64,000 nt of DNA from an uncultured Chloroflexia bacterium (GTDB taxonomy: Bacteria; Chloroflexota; Limnocylindria; Limnocylindrales; CSP1-4): assembly GCA_963713975.1 (NCBI GenBank), contig OY970218.1, positions 3,520,001 through 3,584,000 of the forward strand, read 5' to 3'. Positions 7,927-15,808 of the stretch are shown piece by piece (position 1 is the first letter of the stretch; each line of letters opens with the position of its first letter). Position numbers and translations under genes: made by a program. The notes under the pieces were generated by a model that was given only the letters and a program-made list of their open reading frames with translations, searched no databases and was not told the origin of the DNA.

Positions 7927-9486
7927 ATGCGGACACATGCCACGAGGTCCCAGCCCGCTCCGCAGCGCCCCGCCGGCCACACGACTCCGGCCCGGCTCCA
8001 GGACACAGACGTCCGGAACGTCGCACCGGACCGGATCACCCCGGGCGTCGTGGCCCAGCTGCAGACGGCGGCTGGCAACCGTGCGGTCGGCCCCGTCGTC
8101 CAGCGTGCCATCAGCTGGGACCATGCGGTCAGCCTCGCCCGCCGGCTCGAGGACGCGATGTCGGGGCTCGGCACAGACGAGGAGGCGATCTACGGAGCCC
8201 TGGCGGGCCGCACCGCCGACGACATGGTGAACGTGCGCGACGCTTACCGCCAGATGTACTCCGAGAGCCTTGACGCGGCCATCCGGGACGAGCTGACCGA
8301 AGACGAGTACGAGCGAGTCCGCGCCACCCTGGAGGCACCGGCCGAGGCGGCAATGACCGCGGCCGAGCGCCGGACGGCCACGGCGGATGCGGCCGCCGCG
8401 ATCGCCGGCCAGCTGCACGATGCGATGGAAGGCCTCGGCACGGAGGAGGACCAGATCTTCAACGCCCTCACGGGCCGGACCCCGTCCGAGATCGAGGCGA
8501 TCAGCCGGGCCTATACCGCCCGCTTCGGGGCCCTGCTCGCCGACGACCTGCGCGACGATCTCAGCGGCGACGATCTCGTCCGGGCCCTGCGCCTGATCGG
8601 GCTCGAGGACACGGGCTCGTTCGAGAACGCGCTCCAGCAGCGCATGACCGAGGGGGCGACGACCGTCGTCCGGGGCCGCTTCACCTACACCCTCACCGAG
8701 GACTCGCTGGACGTGGACGTCGCGGCGAAGTTCGCGCCGTCCGAGGGCGTTGAGGTTCCCCTCGACACGTGGAACTCGCAGATCGCGGACACGTGGAACC
8801 GGTTCTGGATCAGCGAGCCCGGGGGCCGCTCGATCGACCTCCAGATGCACCTGCGGGACGATCCCGGCGAGACACGGCGGATCCGGGTCGTGGAGAACGC
8901 GCGGCCCAACGTGTACGGATATCCCGACCGCGCCAACGCCGGGATGTGGTACCCGGTCATGCCGGCGAGCACGGCCCCGCACGAGTTCGGGCACCTGGTC
9001 GGCCTGCCCGACGAGTACCAGCGGACCGCCGCCGACTTCGAGGCCATCACCGGCGCGGGCAGGAGCGGTCCCGAGAACGAGTCAGGCAAGACCGAGGCCG
9101 AGATCGCGACGGAGCTCCACGCGGCCCTGACGGTCGCCGACGCGGCGCAGCGCGCACCGGGCGCGACGACCATCCTGCGCGCCTGCGGCCTGATCTCCGA
9201 CGGGCGTCCCCAGCAGGGCGACTTCGCCCAGGCGGTGATGACCGCCTACAACGACGCCTATGGTGACGAGACCGCCGACCAGCTGCTGCCGGTGCTTCAG
9301 CACCTCCCGGACGGGACGAACTGGACCCTGATGACCGTGTTCTCGTTTGCCAGTGGGACGATCATGGGCAATCCCGAGGAGGTCGGGGTCGCCGAACACG
9401 AGCACCCGGTGGAACCACGCCACCTCTCGGAGTTCAAGTCCATCGTCAGGAACCGCTGGCCGGACCTCGACTGGGCGGTCGAATGA
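7927..9486 (+). CDS. Putative CIS effector B: LQxAAGN leader + 2 annexin repeats + HExxH zinc metalloprotease
   Basis: Leader LQTAAGNRAV. AMSGLGTDEEAI and AMEGLGTEEDQI each have D/E exactly 38 residues after GxGT. HEFGHLVGLPDEY at 8980-9018, candidate Met-turn TIMG. The C-terminus aligns with effector A (HP...RH...F...V). Likely leaderless start at ATG 7927. Confidence 0.82.
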   Translation: MRTHATRSQPAPQRPAGHTTPARLQDTDVRNVAPDRITPGVVAQLQTAAGNRAVGPVVQRAISWDHAVSLARRLEDAMSGLGTDEEAIYGALAGRTADDMVNVRDAYRQMYSESLDAAIRDELTEDEYERVRATLEAPAEAAMTAAERRTATADAAAAIAGQLHDAMEGLGTEEDQIFNALTGRTPSEIEAISRAYTARFGALLADDLRDDLSGDDLVRALRLIGLEDTGSFENALQQRMTEGATTVVRGRFTYTLTEDSLDVDVAAKFAPSEGVEVPLDTWNSQIADTWNRFWISEPGGRSIDLQMHLRDDPGETRRIRVVENARPNVYGYPDRANAGMWYPVMPASTAPHEFGHLVGLPDEYQRTAADFEAITGAGRSGPENESGKTEAEIATELHAALTVADAAQRAPGATTILRACGLISDGRPQQGDFAQAVMTAYNDAYGDETADQLLPVLQHLPDGTNWTLMTVFSFASGTIMGNPEEVGVAEHEHPVEPRHLSEFKSIVRNRWPDLDWAVE

Positions 9487-9502
9487 ACGGGAGCCCGGAC
9501 CG

Positions 9503-10165
9503 ATGACCCTGGTGACGTATCGCCGCCTGGCGGATGCCCCACCTCCCGAACGCGAGCTCCTGGAGCTGGATCCGGATGGCAGCGCCCGCGTGTGGCGCTC
9601 CAATGGGCCGGCGATAGGACGTTTCGGTGGCACGCTCGACGATGTCGCCGCGCTCCGGGCCGCAGTCGCCTCAGCGGCAGCGGCCGATCCGCCGGCGGTC
9701 GGGTCGCTCCCGTCGGGCGCCGCCGTGGAGGTCGTGGACGCCGCCGGACGGACGGCCCGCCTCGAGGCGCGGGCGCCCGTCGAGGGCCCGTGGGCGCCGC
9801 TCGTGGAGCGCTGCCGCCGCGTGCTCGATGCCCAGGTCGAAGCACCGCTCGCGGCGATCGCGGGCGTGCTGGACGTGGATGGCGGCCTCCGGCTCGAGCA
9901 CCGGGGGACTGCGGTGCTGCCGGTGGAGCTCGGGGCGCTCGCCGTCGACTTCACGCTCTGGCGGGACGGTGCGGAGGCCGCACGCGGCCGGATCACGGGT
10001 AGCCCGCTCGGGCATGCCGAGGCTGGTCCAGGCTGGGCCACGACTATCCCCTCGCCCGAGCCGGACCTCGCCGGGAGCGGAACCCTGGTCGTGGTCGCGT
10101 CCTTCGTCGCGGACGATGCCGGGATCGACGTGCCCGTGGCGATCACGGTCGTCCGGGAGCCTTGA
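9503..10165 (+). CDS. Hypothetical protein, putative immunity/partner of effector B
   Basis: Starts 16 nt after the effector B stop with a GGGAG RBS. Paralog of 4115-4816. Confidence 0.75.
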   Translation: MTLVTYRRLADAPPPERELLELDPDGSARVWRSNGPAIGRFGGTLDDVAALRAAVASAAAADPPAVGSLPSGAAVEVVDAAGRTARLEARAPVEGPWAPLVERCRRVLDAQVEAPLAAIAGVLDVDGGLRLEHRGTAVLPVELGALAVDFTLWRDGAEAARGRITGSPLGHAEAGPGWATTIPSPEPDLAGSGTLVVVASFVADDAGIDVPVAITVVREP

Positions 10166-10217
10166 GGCAAGGCAGCGCGGTCCTCGTGCCGGGCGTGGCC
10201 AGGCCCGCCCGACGGGA

Positions 10218-12326
10218 TCAGCCGCCGGCAAGCTCCAGGTACTCGCCGAACTCCGCCTCCACCATCAGCCGACCGAGCTTGCGGTACTCGCGCTCGGTGG
10301 CCCGGACCAGGTCCGTCATCCCCACCGGGCGCCCGTCGGCCGCGGCGAGGTAGGCGGCGGTCACGCAGACGTTGCGGATGTTCCCGCCAGAGATCTTGAA
10401 CCGGCCGGCCAGGAAGTCGATGTCGATGTCGCCGGCGACCGGCAGCTCCGGCGAGAGGTTGCGGGCCCACAGGCGGAGCCGGTGCTCCACCTCGGGCATC
10501 GGGAAGTCCACGATGGCATCCAGCCGCCGGACGAATGCCTCGTCCACGTTGGAGCGCAGATTCGTGGTCAGGATGGCCAGGCCGTCGAAGCGCTCCATCC
10601 GCTGGAGCAGGTAGGCGACCTCGACGTTGGCGTAGCGGTCACGGGCGTCCTTGACCTCGGACCGCTTGCCGAACAGGGCGTCCGCCTCGTCGAACAGGAG
10701 GATGCCGTTGACCCGGTCCGCCTCGGTGAAGATGCGGTCCAGGTTCTTCTCGGTCTCGCCGATGTACTTGTCCACCACGGTGGAGAGGTCGATGACGTAG
10801 ACGTCGAAGCCGAGGTCGGCGGCCAGGACCTCGGCCGACATCGTCTTGCCGGTGCCTGAGTCGCCGGCGAAGAGCGCCGTGATGCCGAGCCCTCGCGCGC
10901 CCTTGGTGCCCATCCGCCACTCGCCGACCACACGCTCCCGGTGGCGCGCCCGGGCGAGCAGCTCGCGCAGCTGCTGCTCGACGACCGCGGGCAGCACGAG
11001 GTCCTCCCAGCCGACGGACGGCACGATCCGCCGGGCGAGGCGCTCCAGTCCGGCCGTGTTCTGGGCACGGGCCCCGGCCGAGACGTCGTCCACGGTCATC
11101 GGCCGGCCGGCGGCGAGCGCGGTCCGGCGGGCGGCCCGGGCGGCCCGGTCGATCTGCTCGGGGGCAAGGCGGAACGCGATGGTGGCCACGGCCGGGTCGA
11201 AGCCGTCAGGGGCGTCACCATTGAGGCTGCGGATCCACAGGTCGTGGCGGGCCTCGACGTCGGGCACAGGGACCTCGAGGACGAGCGGCGGCTCGCGGGA
11301 CCACACGGGATCCCAGGCACGGCCGCCCACCAGGATCACGGGGCCGGGGAGCTCGGCGAACGCCCGGACCGCGGCCGCGCCGCGCTCTCCGAGCGCCTCC
11401 ACGGGACCCACCACCAGGCCCGCGCCGCGGAGGCGCGCCTCGCGCGAGGAGGCGGCGGCGATCGCCGCCGGGTCGGCCGCGGCAGCGAGGCGGGTGAGGT
11501 CAAGGGCGATGGCGGTCCGCCCCCAGCGAGCCAGGGCCGTGCAGGCGAGCGACCGCCCCGAGGCGCCCGCCCGCTCCTCGAGGTAGACGAGCTCGAGGCC
11601 GGCCTCGAGGCCCCGGACCACGGCGTCCACCTCCGGCCCCTCGACGGCGATCGTCGTGGTCAGCAGGGAGCTCACGACGGGGTCCGGTGCGTCATCACCC
11701 AGGAGGTGGGCCGTCACCCGGTCCGGAACCCGAAGCGGCCTCGTGAGCGAGGGGCGGTCGGGCTCCTCGACCAGCAGCAGGTGGCCGACGAGGAGCGGCG
11801 CGAGCGGCCCCAGTCGGTCCCGGCCGAGGACCCCGCCGGATCCGAGGCCACAGAGCTCCAGGGCCAGGCCGACGCTCGCGCGTCGGCGGGAGACGTCATC
11901 GTGGAGGTAGCCGTAGAGCCGCTCGAAGCGCGGGTCCAGGTCCGGGGCAAGGGCGACCAGGAGCAGTTCCACGTCGGCGGGCACCAGCCCGAAGGTGCGG
12001 GAGAGCTCGAGCAGCCGGATCCGCGTCCCGTCCGCCTCCGCGGAGGCAGCGTGGGCATCGAGGTCGGCCAGCAGGCCGGCGGCGGCGCCCTCCGCCACGG
12101 ACGGCACGAGCGGGCCCGGCGTGCCGGCCAGGAGCGCATCCACCTGGTGTTCCGAGATGTAGAGGCCGCGGAACTGGTCCTCCGGATCCGGGTCGGCCGC
12201 ACGCCGGCGGTCCACGGCGGCGCGGACGCGGGCCTCGAGGAGACGGAGACGGGCCAGGAGATAGGCAACCGAGGGATCCTCGGCACGCGCGACCAGCGTG
12301 CCGTCCCGCGCGCGGACCTCGTTCAC
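10218..12326 (-). CDS. eCIS AAA+ ATPase (Afp15/Pvc15-like)
   Basis: Walker A GDSGTGKT, Walker B LLFDEADALFGKRSEVKD.RDRYAN, KYIGETEKNL, and the N-terminal APDLDPRFERLYGYLHDD motif typical of this family. Confidence 0.93.
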   Translation of the reverse strand: MNEVRARDGTLVARAEDPSVAYLLARLRLLEARVRAAVDRRRAADPDPEDQFRGLYISEHQVDALLAGTPGPLVPSVAEGAAAGLLADLDAHAASAEADGTRIRLLELSRTFGLVPADVELLLVALAPDLDPRFERLYGYLHDDVSRRRASVGLALELCGLGSGGVLGRDRLGPLAPLLVGHLLLVEEPDRPSLTRPLRVPDRVTAHLLGDDAPDPVVSSLLTTTIAVEGPEVDAVVRGLEAGLELVYLEERAGASGRSLACTALARWGRTAIALDLTRLAAAADPAAIAAASSREARLRGAGLVVGPVEALGERGAAAVRAFAELPGPVILVGGRAWDPVWSREPPLVLEVPVPDVEARHDLWIRSLNGDAPDGFDPAVATIAFRLAPEQIDRAARAARRTALAAGRPMTVDDVSAGARAQNTAGLERLARRIVPSVGWEDLVLPAVVEQQLRELLARARHRERVVGEWRMGTKGARGLGITALFAGDSGTGKTMSAEVLAADLGFDVYVIDLSTVVDKYIGETEKNLDRIFTEADRVNGILLFDEADALFGKRSEVKDARDRYANVEVAYLLQRMERFDGLAILTTNLRSNVDEAFVRRLDAIVDFPMPEVEHRLRLWARNLSPELPVAGDIDIDFLAGRFKISGGNIRNVCVTAAYLAAADGRPVGMTDLVRATEREYRKLGRLMVEAEFGEYLELAGG

Positions 12327-13039
12327 GTCCTGCGGCCGCGCACCCGGAGCGTGACACCGGACCTGCCCTGCTCGGGGCCGGCCGGCACGGTCTCCTCCGG
12401 CAGCGGCACCTCCGCCCCCGGAGCGCCGCCACGCCGCCCGCCGGCGCCCGTCGCGGACTCCGACGTGCCCGCGGCGCTGAGCCCGATCGTGGGGCCCTCG
12501 AGCACGGGCGGCCCGAAGTAGGTGTCCTGGGTGACGACCACCGGCGCCGTGACCACCACGTCCAGTGAGGGCTTCATCTCGCCTCCCAGCGCCGACCAGA
12601 TGTCGGCCAGGGACCGCTCCTGGGTCTCCGGCTGGCCCACCTCGATGTAGACCGGGAGGCCCGACTCATCCAGCGAGCCTCCCAGGTCTCCGGGCTTGAG
12701 CATCGGGTTGCGCAGCATGCAGATCAGCAGCGACGACAGGAGCCGGTGCTCGTCCTCGGGCCGCTGGGTCCAGGCCGTGACGAGGTACGCGAGCCGGAAC
12801 CGCCGCGGCGGCTGCGCGCGCCCGACGACCCGGCCGTCGACGCCACGCGCGTCCTCCCAGGCGGGCACCCGCCGCTGGAGGTCCTCGCGGATGTCGTACA
12901 GGTAGAGGTTGACGGCCGGTCCGCTGCGGCGGGCGACCCAGTCCTTGGTCGGCGCGTCGAAGACGAGGTCCACCGACGATCCGTTGAGGGCGTCGCGGCG
13001 GACCAGCCGCTCGAGCAGCTGATCGACATCGTGGATCAC
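12323..13039 (-). CDS. DUF4255 / Afp16-Pvc16-like tail terminator (cap) protein
   Basis: MIHDVD...FDAPTKDW...VNLYLYDIRED...YLVTAW...DEHRLL...WSALGGEMKPSL. GTG start at 13039. Its stop overlaps the ATPase start. Confidence 0.88.
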   Translation of the reverse strand: MIHDVDQLLERLVRRDALNGSSVDLVFDAPTKDWVARRSGPAVNLYLYDIREDLQRRVPAWEDARGVDGRVVGRAQPPRRFRLAYLVTAWTQRPEDEHRLLSSLLICMLRNPMLKPGDLGGSLDESGLPVYIEVGQPETQERSLADIWSALGGEMKPSLDVVVTAPVVVTQDTYFGPPVLEGPTIGLSAAGTSESATGAGGRRGGAPGAEVPLPEETVPAGPEQGRSGVTLRVRGRRT

Positions 13040-13107
13040 CCAGCGATCGTCCGCCTCGCGCGCGCGCCCTGCCACCCGTCGACGGGCATGCGAGGGGGCA
13101 CCTGTGG

Positions 13108-13123
13108 CTGCCCCATCGGGCAG
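13108..13123. promoter_or_regulatory. Palindromic operator CTGCCC-N4-GGGCAG in the DUF4255/sheath divergent promoter
   Basis: GGCTGCCC CATC GGGCAGCC, with extra GGGCA half-sites at 13084-13088 and 13096-13100. Confidence 0.58.
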
Positions 13124-13224
13124 CCCCGCTCGCCCTACCGCGCGCCCCGTCGCACCTTGTTCCCGCCACCAGGCGGTGGGACCGTCCACTCGTCGGGATC
13201 CCAACCATCGGGAGAGGGCCACGC

Positions 13225-14736
13225 ATGCCGAACTATCTGTCACCCGGCGTCTACGTCGAGGAGGTGGAAGCCGGGTCGCGTCCCATCGAGGGCGTCGGCA
13301 CGGCTGTCGCCGCATTCGTCGGACTCGCCGCCCGCGGACCCGCGAACACCCCCACGCTGGTCACGAACTGGAACCAGTTCACGGCCACCTTCGGGGAGTT
13401 CGTGGAGAGCTCCTACCTCGCACACGCGGTGTACGGCTACTTCCTCAACGGAGGGGGGGCCGCCTACGTCGTACGGGTTGGCGCCGACGGCGTCATGCCC
13501 ACCGCGTCGGCCGAGCTGCCCAGCGCCACCGAGAAGGGCAAGCCGGCATTCCGGGTGGCCGCCCTGGAGGCGGGTGCCGAGGGCAATGACCTGAGCGTCG
13601 AGGTGGAGGCCCCGGGCGACGGCGCCGAGGGCAACTTCAAGCTCGTCGTCAAGCAGGGCGGCAAGCCGGTCGAGACGTTCGACAACGTCACCACCGGCAG
13701 GGGCAAGACCAACGTCGCGACCGTGGTCAAGTCGCAGTCGAAAACCATCACGATCGAGGAGGTTGGCGCCCTGACCGCCCCGTCGACCGGATCCGTCTCC
13801 CTTGCGGGCGGCGGCGCCGCGGTGCCGGCCCGGGTAACGCCCACGGATTATGTGGGCAGCTCGGCCGATCGCACCGGCTTCGCCGGTCTCGAGGCCGTGG
13901 ACGAGGTCACCATGCTGTCCGTGCCGGACCTCATGGCCGTCTACGAGCAGGGCATCATCGACCTCGAGGGCCTCCAGGCCGTCCAGCTTGCGATGCTCGC
14001 CCACTGCGAGCTGATGGGCGATCGCGTCGCCATCCTGGACTCGCCGCCCGGGCTCAACGCCCAGCAGGTGAAGGAGTGGCGGGTCGACAAGGCGGGCTAC
14101 GACAGCAAGTACGCGACCCTCTACTGGCCGTGGATCAAGGTCTTCGACCCCCTCGCCGGCCAGGCCCGGTTCGTGCCCCCGTCCGGCCACGTCGCCGGGA
14201 TCTGGGCTCGTAACGACGACACCCGCGGCGTCCACAAGGCGCCGGCCAACGAGGTGGTCCGGGGCGCCATCAGCCTGGCGCTGAACCTGACCAAGGCCGA
14301 GCACGACCAGCTGAACCCCAACGGGATCAACTGCATCCGCGCGTTCCCCGGTCGCGGCATCCGGATCTGGGGAGCCCGCACCATCTCGAGCGATCCGTCG
14401 TGGCGCTACCTGAACGTCCGGCGGCTGTTCAACTACGTCGAGGAGTCGATCTTCGAGGGCACCCAGTGGGTGGTCTTCGAGCCCAACGACGTCCGGCTCT
14501 GGGGCCGGGTCAAGCGGACGATCAACTCGTTCCTGCTCCGGGTATGGCGCGATGGCGCCCTGTTCGGGGCGACACCGGACCAGGCGTTCTTCGTCAAGTG
14601 CGACGAGGAGAACAACCCGCCGGAGGTCCGCGACGCGGGCCAGCTGATCGTCGATATCGGGATTGCGCCGGTCAAGCCGGCCGAGTTCGTCGTGTTCCGG
14701 ATCGCTCAGTTCTCCGGATCCCCGGACGCCGAGTAG
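13225..14736 (+). CDS. Contractile tail sheath protein
   Basis: MPNYLSPGVYVEEV...IEGVGTAVAAFVG; PPSGHVAGIWARND..RGVHKAPAN; WRYLNVRRL; GIAPVKPAEFVVFRI. Confidence 0.96.
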   Translation: MPNYLSPGVYVEEVEAGSRPIEGVGTAVAAFVGLAARGPANTPTLVTNWNQFTATFGEFVESSYLAHAVYGYFLNGGGAAYVVRVGADGVMPTASAELPSATEKGKPAFRVAALEAGAEGNDLSVEVEAPGDGAEGNFKLVVKQGGKPVETFDNVTTGRGKTNVATVVKSQSKTITIEEVGALTAPSTGSVSLAGGGAAVPARVTPTDYVGSSADRTGFAGLEAVDEVTMLSVPDLMAVYEQGIIDLEGLQAVQLAMLAHCELMGDRVAILDSPPGLNAQQVKEWRVDKAGYDSKYATLYWPWIKVFDPLAGQARFVPPSGHVAGIWARNDDTRGVHKAPANEVVRGAISLALNLTKAEHDQLNPNGINCIRAFPGRGIRIWGARTISSDPSWRYLNVRRLFNYVEESIFEGTQWVVFEPNDVRLWGRVKRTINSFLLRVWRDGALFGATPDQAFFVKCDEENNPPEVRDAGQLIVDIGIAPVKPAEFVVFRIAQFSGSPDAE

Positions 14737-14774
14737 CCACCAACGCCTGACCAGGACACGTCACGGAGGCACGA

Positions 14775-15209
14775 ATGCCGACCACTGATCCCCTTCTGCA
14801 AGGGAACGTACTGCTCGACATCGACGGCGTGGGCGTCGTCGCGAACTTCAGCTCGGTCTCGGGTGTCTCGAGCGAGGTGGAGATCGTCGACAACCCGTAC
14901 GTCACAGAACAGGGCAAGGTCTACATCGGGAAGCTGCCAGGCAAGCCCAAGACCCCCACCGTCACCCTCAAGCGCGGCCTCACCGGGGCAACCGAGCTCT
15001 GGGAGTGGCACACCGCGGTGATGCAGGGGACGCCGGACCGCCGCAACGGCTCGGTCATCCTCATGAACACCGTCGGCGAGGAGGTCCTCCGCTACAACTT
15101 CACGAACGCGATGGTCTCCAAGATCAGCCTGTCCGAGGGCGGCGCCACGACCAGCGGCGTCCAGATCGAAGAGGCCACGCTGTCCTGTGAAACGCTGATC
15201 AAGGGCTAG
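14775..15209 (+). CDS. Tail tube protein (T4 gp19-like, Afp1/5)
   Basis: FSSVSG...KLPGK...VTLKRG...WEW...RRNGSVIL...YNFTNA. Located directly after the sheath gene. Confidence 0.9.
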   Translation: MPTTDPLLQGNVLLDIDGVGVVANFSSVSGVSSEVEIVDNPYVTEQGKVYIGKLPGKPKTPTVTLKRGLTGATELWEWHTAVMQGTPDRRNGSVILMNTVGEEVLRYNFTNAMVSKISLSEGGATTSGVQIEEATLSCETLIKG

Positions 15210-15264
15210 CCCCTTGACCGCCGCGACCCTGCCCGAGATCCCGGTCGAGCGCGGGAGCACGAAC

Positions 15265-15648
15265 GTGTCCGAGGACCTCCGCACCGAATATGCGTTCGTG
15301 CTCCCCCGCGGCTACGTGGACGGGGCCGGGACGGTCCACCGCGACGGCGTCATGCGCCTCGCGACGGCCCGCGACGAGATCATCCCCCAGCGCGATCCAC
15401 GGGTCCGGGAGAACGAGGCCTACCTCACCGTCCTCCTGCTCTCGCGCGTGATCACCAGGCTGGGCACGCTGGCGCAGGTCCATACCGGCGTGATCGAGGG
15501 GCTGTTCGCCTCCGACCTCGCCTTTCTCCAGGATCTCTACCGGCGGATCAACCAGGAGGGACACACGCAGGCCTCGGTGACGTGTCCCGCCTGCAATCAC
15601 GCCTTCACCGTCGACGTGGCGGGTGAGCAGCGCCTGGGGGAATCGTGA
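15265..15648 (+). CDS. Putative tail assembly chaperone (G/E-like)
   Basis: LRTEYAFVLPRGYVD.AGTVHRDGVMRLATARDEI...DLAFLQDLYRRIN...CPAC, a CIS protein conserved after the tube gene. Start is GTG 15265 (GGGAG RBS) or TTG 15214. It ends LGES on a slippery GGGGGAA. Confidence 0.8.
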   Translation: MSEDLRTEYAFVLPRGYVDGAGTVHRDGVMRLATARDEIIPQRDPRVRENEAYLTVLLLSRVITRLGTLAQVHTGVIEGLFASDLAFLQDLYRRINQEGHTQASVTCPACNHAFTVDVAGEQRLGES

Positions 15649-15691
15649 CGTACGCGACCGACCGACTGTTCGAAGAGGTCGCGTACGTCGC
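15636..15691 (+). other. Candidate programmed -1 ribosomal frameshift signal (slippery GGGGGAA + downstream hairpin)
   Basis: G GGG GAA at 15636-15642. Perfect 13-bp stem GACGTACGCGACC (15647-15659) / GGTCGCGTACGTC (15677-15689). The -1 frame is open into 15645-15803. Confidence 0.7.
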
Positions 15692-15803
15692 CTATCACTT
15701 CCACTGGCCGATGGACACGATCCTCGACCTCGAGCACCCCCTGCGGCTGCAATTCGTCGAAGAGATCGGCCGGATCAACAAGCGCCTGTCCGAGGAGGAG
15801 TGA
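15645..15803 (+). CDS. DUF6760-like small protein / C-terminal extension of the frameshifted chaperone (P2 gpE'-like)
   Basis: Absent from the ORF track (52 aa): MTYATDRLFEEVAYVAYHFHWPMDTILDLEHPLRLQFVEEIGRINKRLSEEE. The AxxFHWP motif resembles phage GpE-type chaperone extensions. Confidence 0.85.
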   Translation: MTYATDRLFEEVAYVAYHFHWPMDTILDLEHPLRLQFVEEIGRINKRLSEEE

Positions 15804-15808
15804 GCCCC

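Noticed and set aside
7795-8994. N-terminal extension of the DUF4157 ORF to 612 aa
   Set aside because: It overlaps effector B on the other strand, and a strong AGGAGG RBS supports ATG 7794.
15623-15808. N-terminal extension of the Pro/Ala-rich ORF
   Set aside because: This interval encodes the DUF6760-like ORF in another frame, and the RBS supports GTG 15809.
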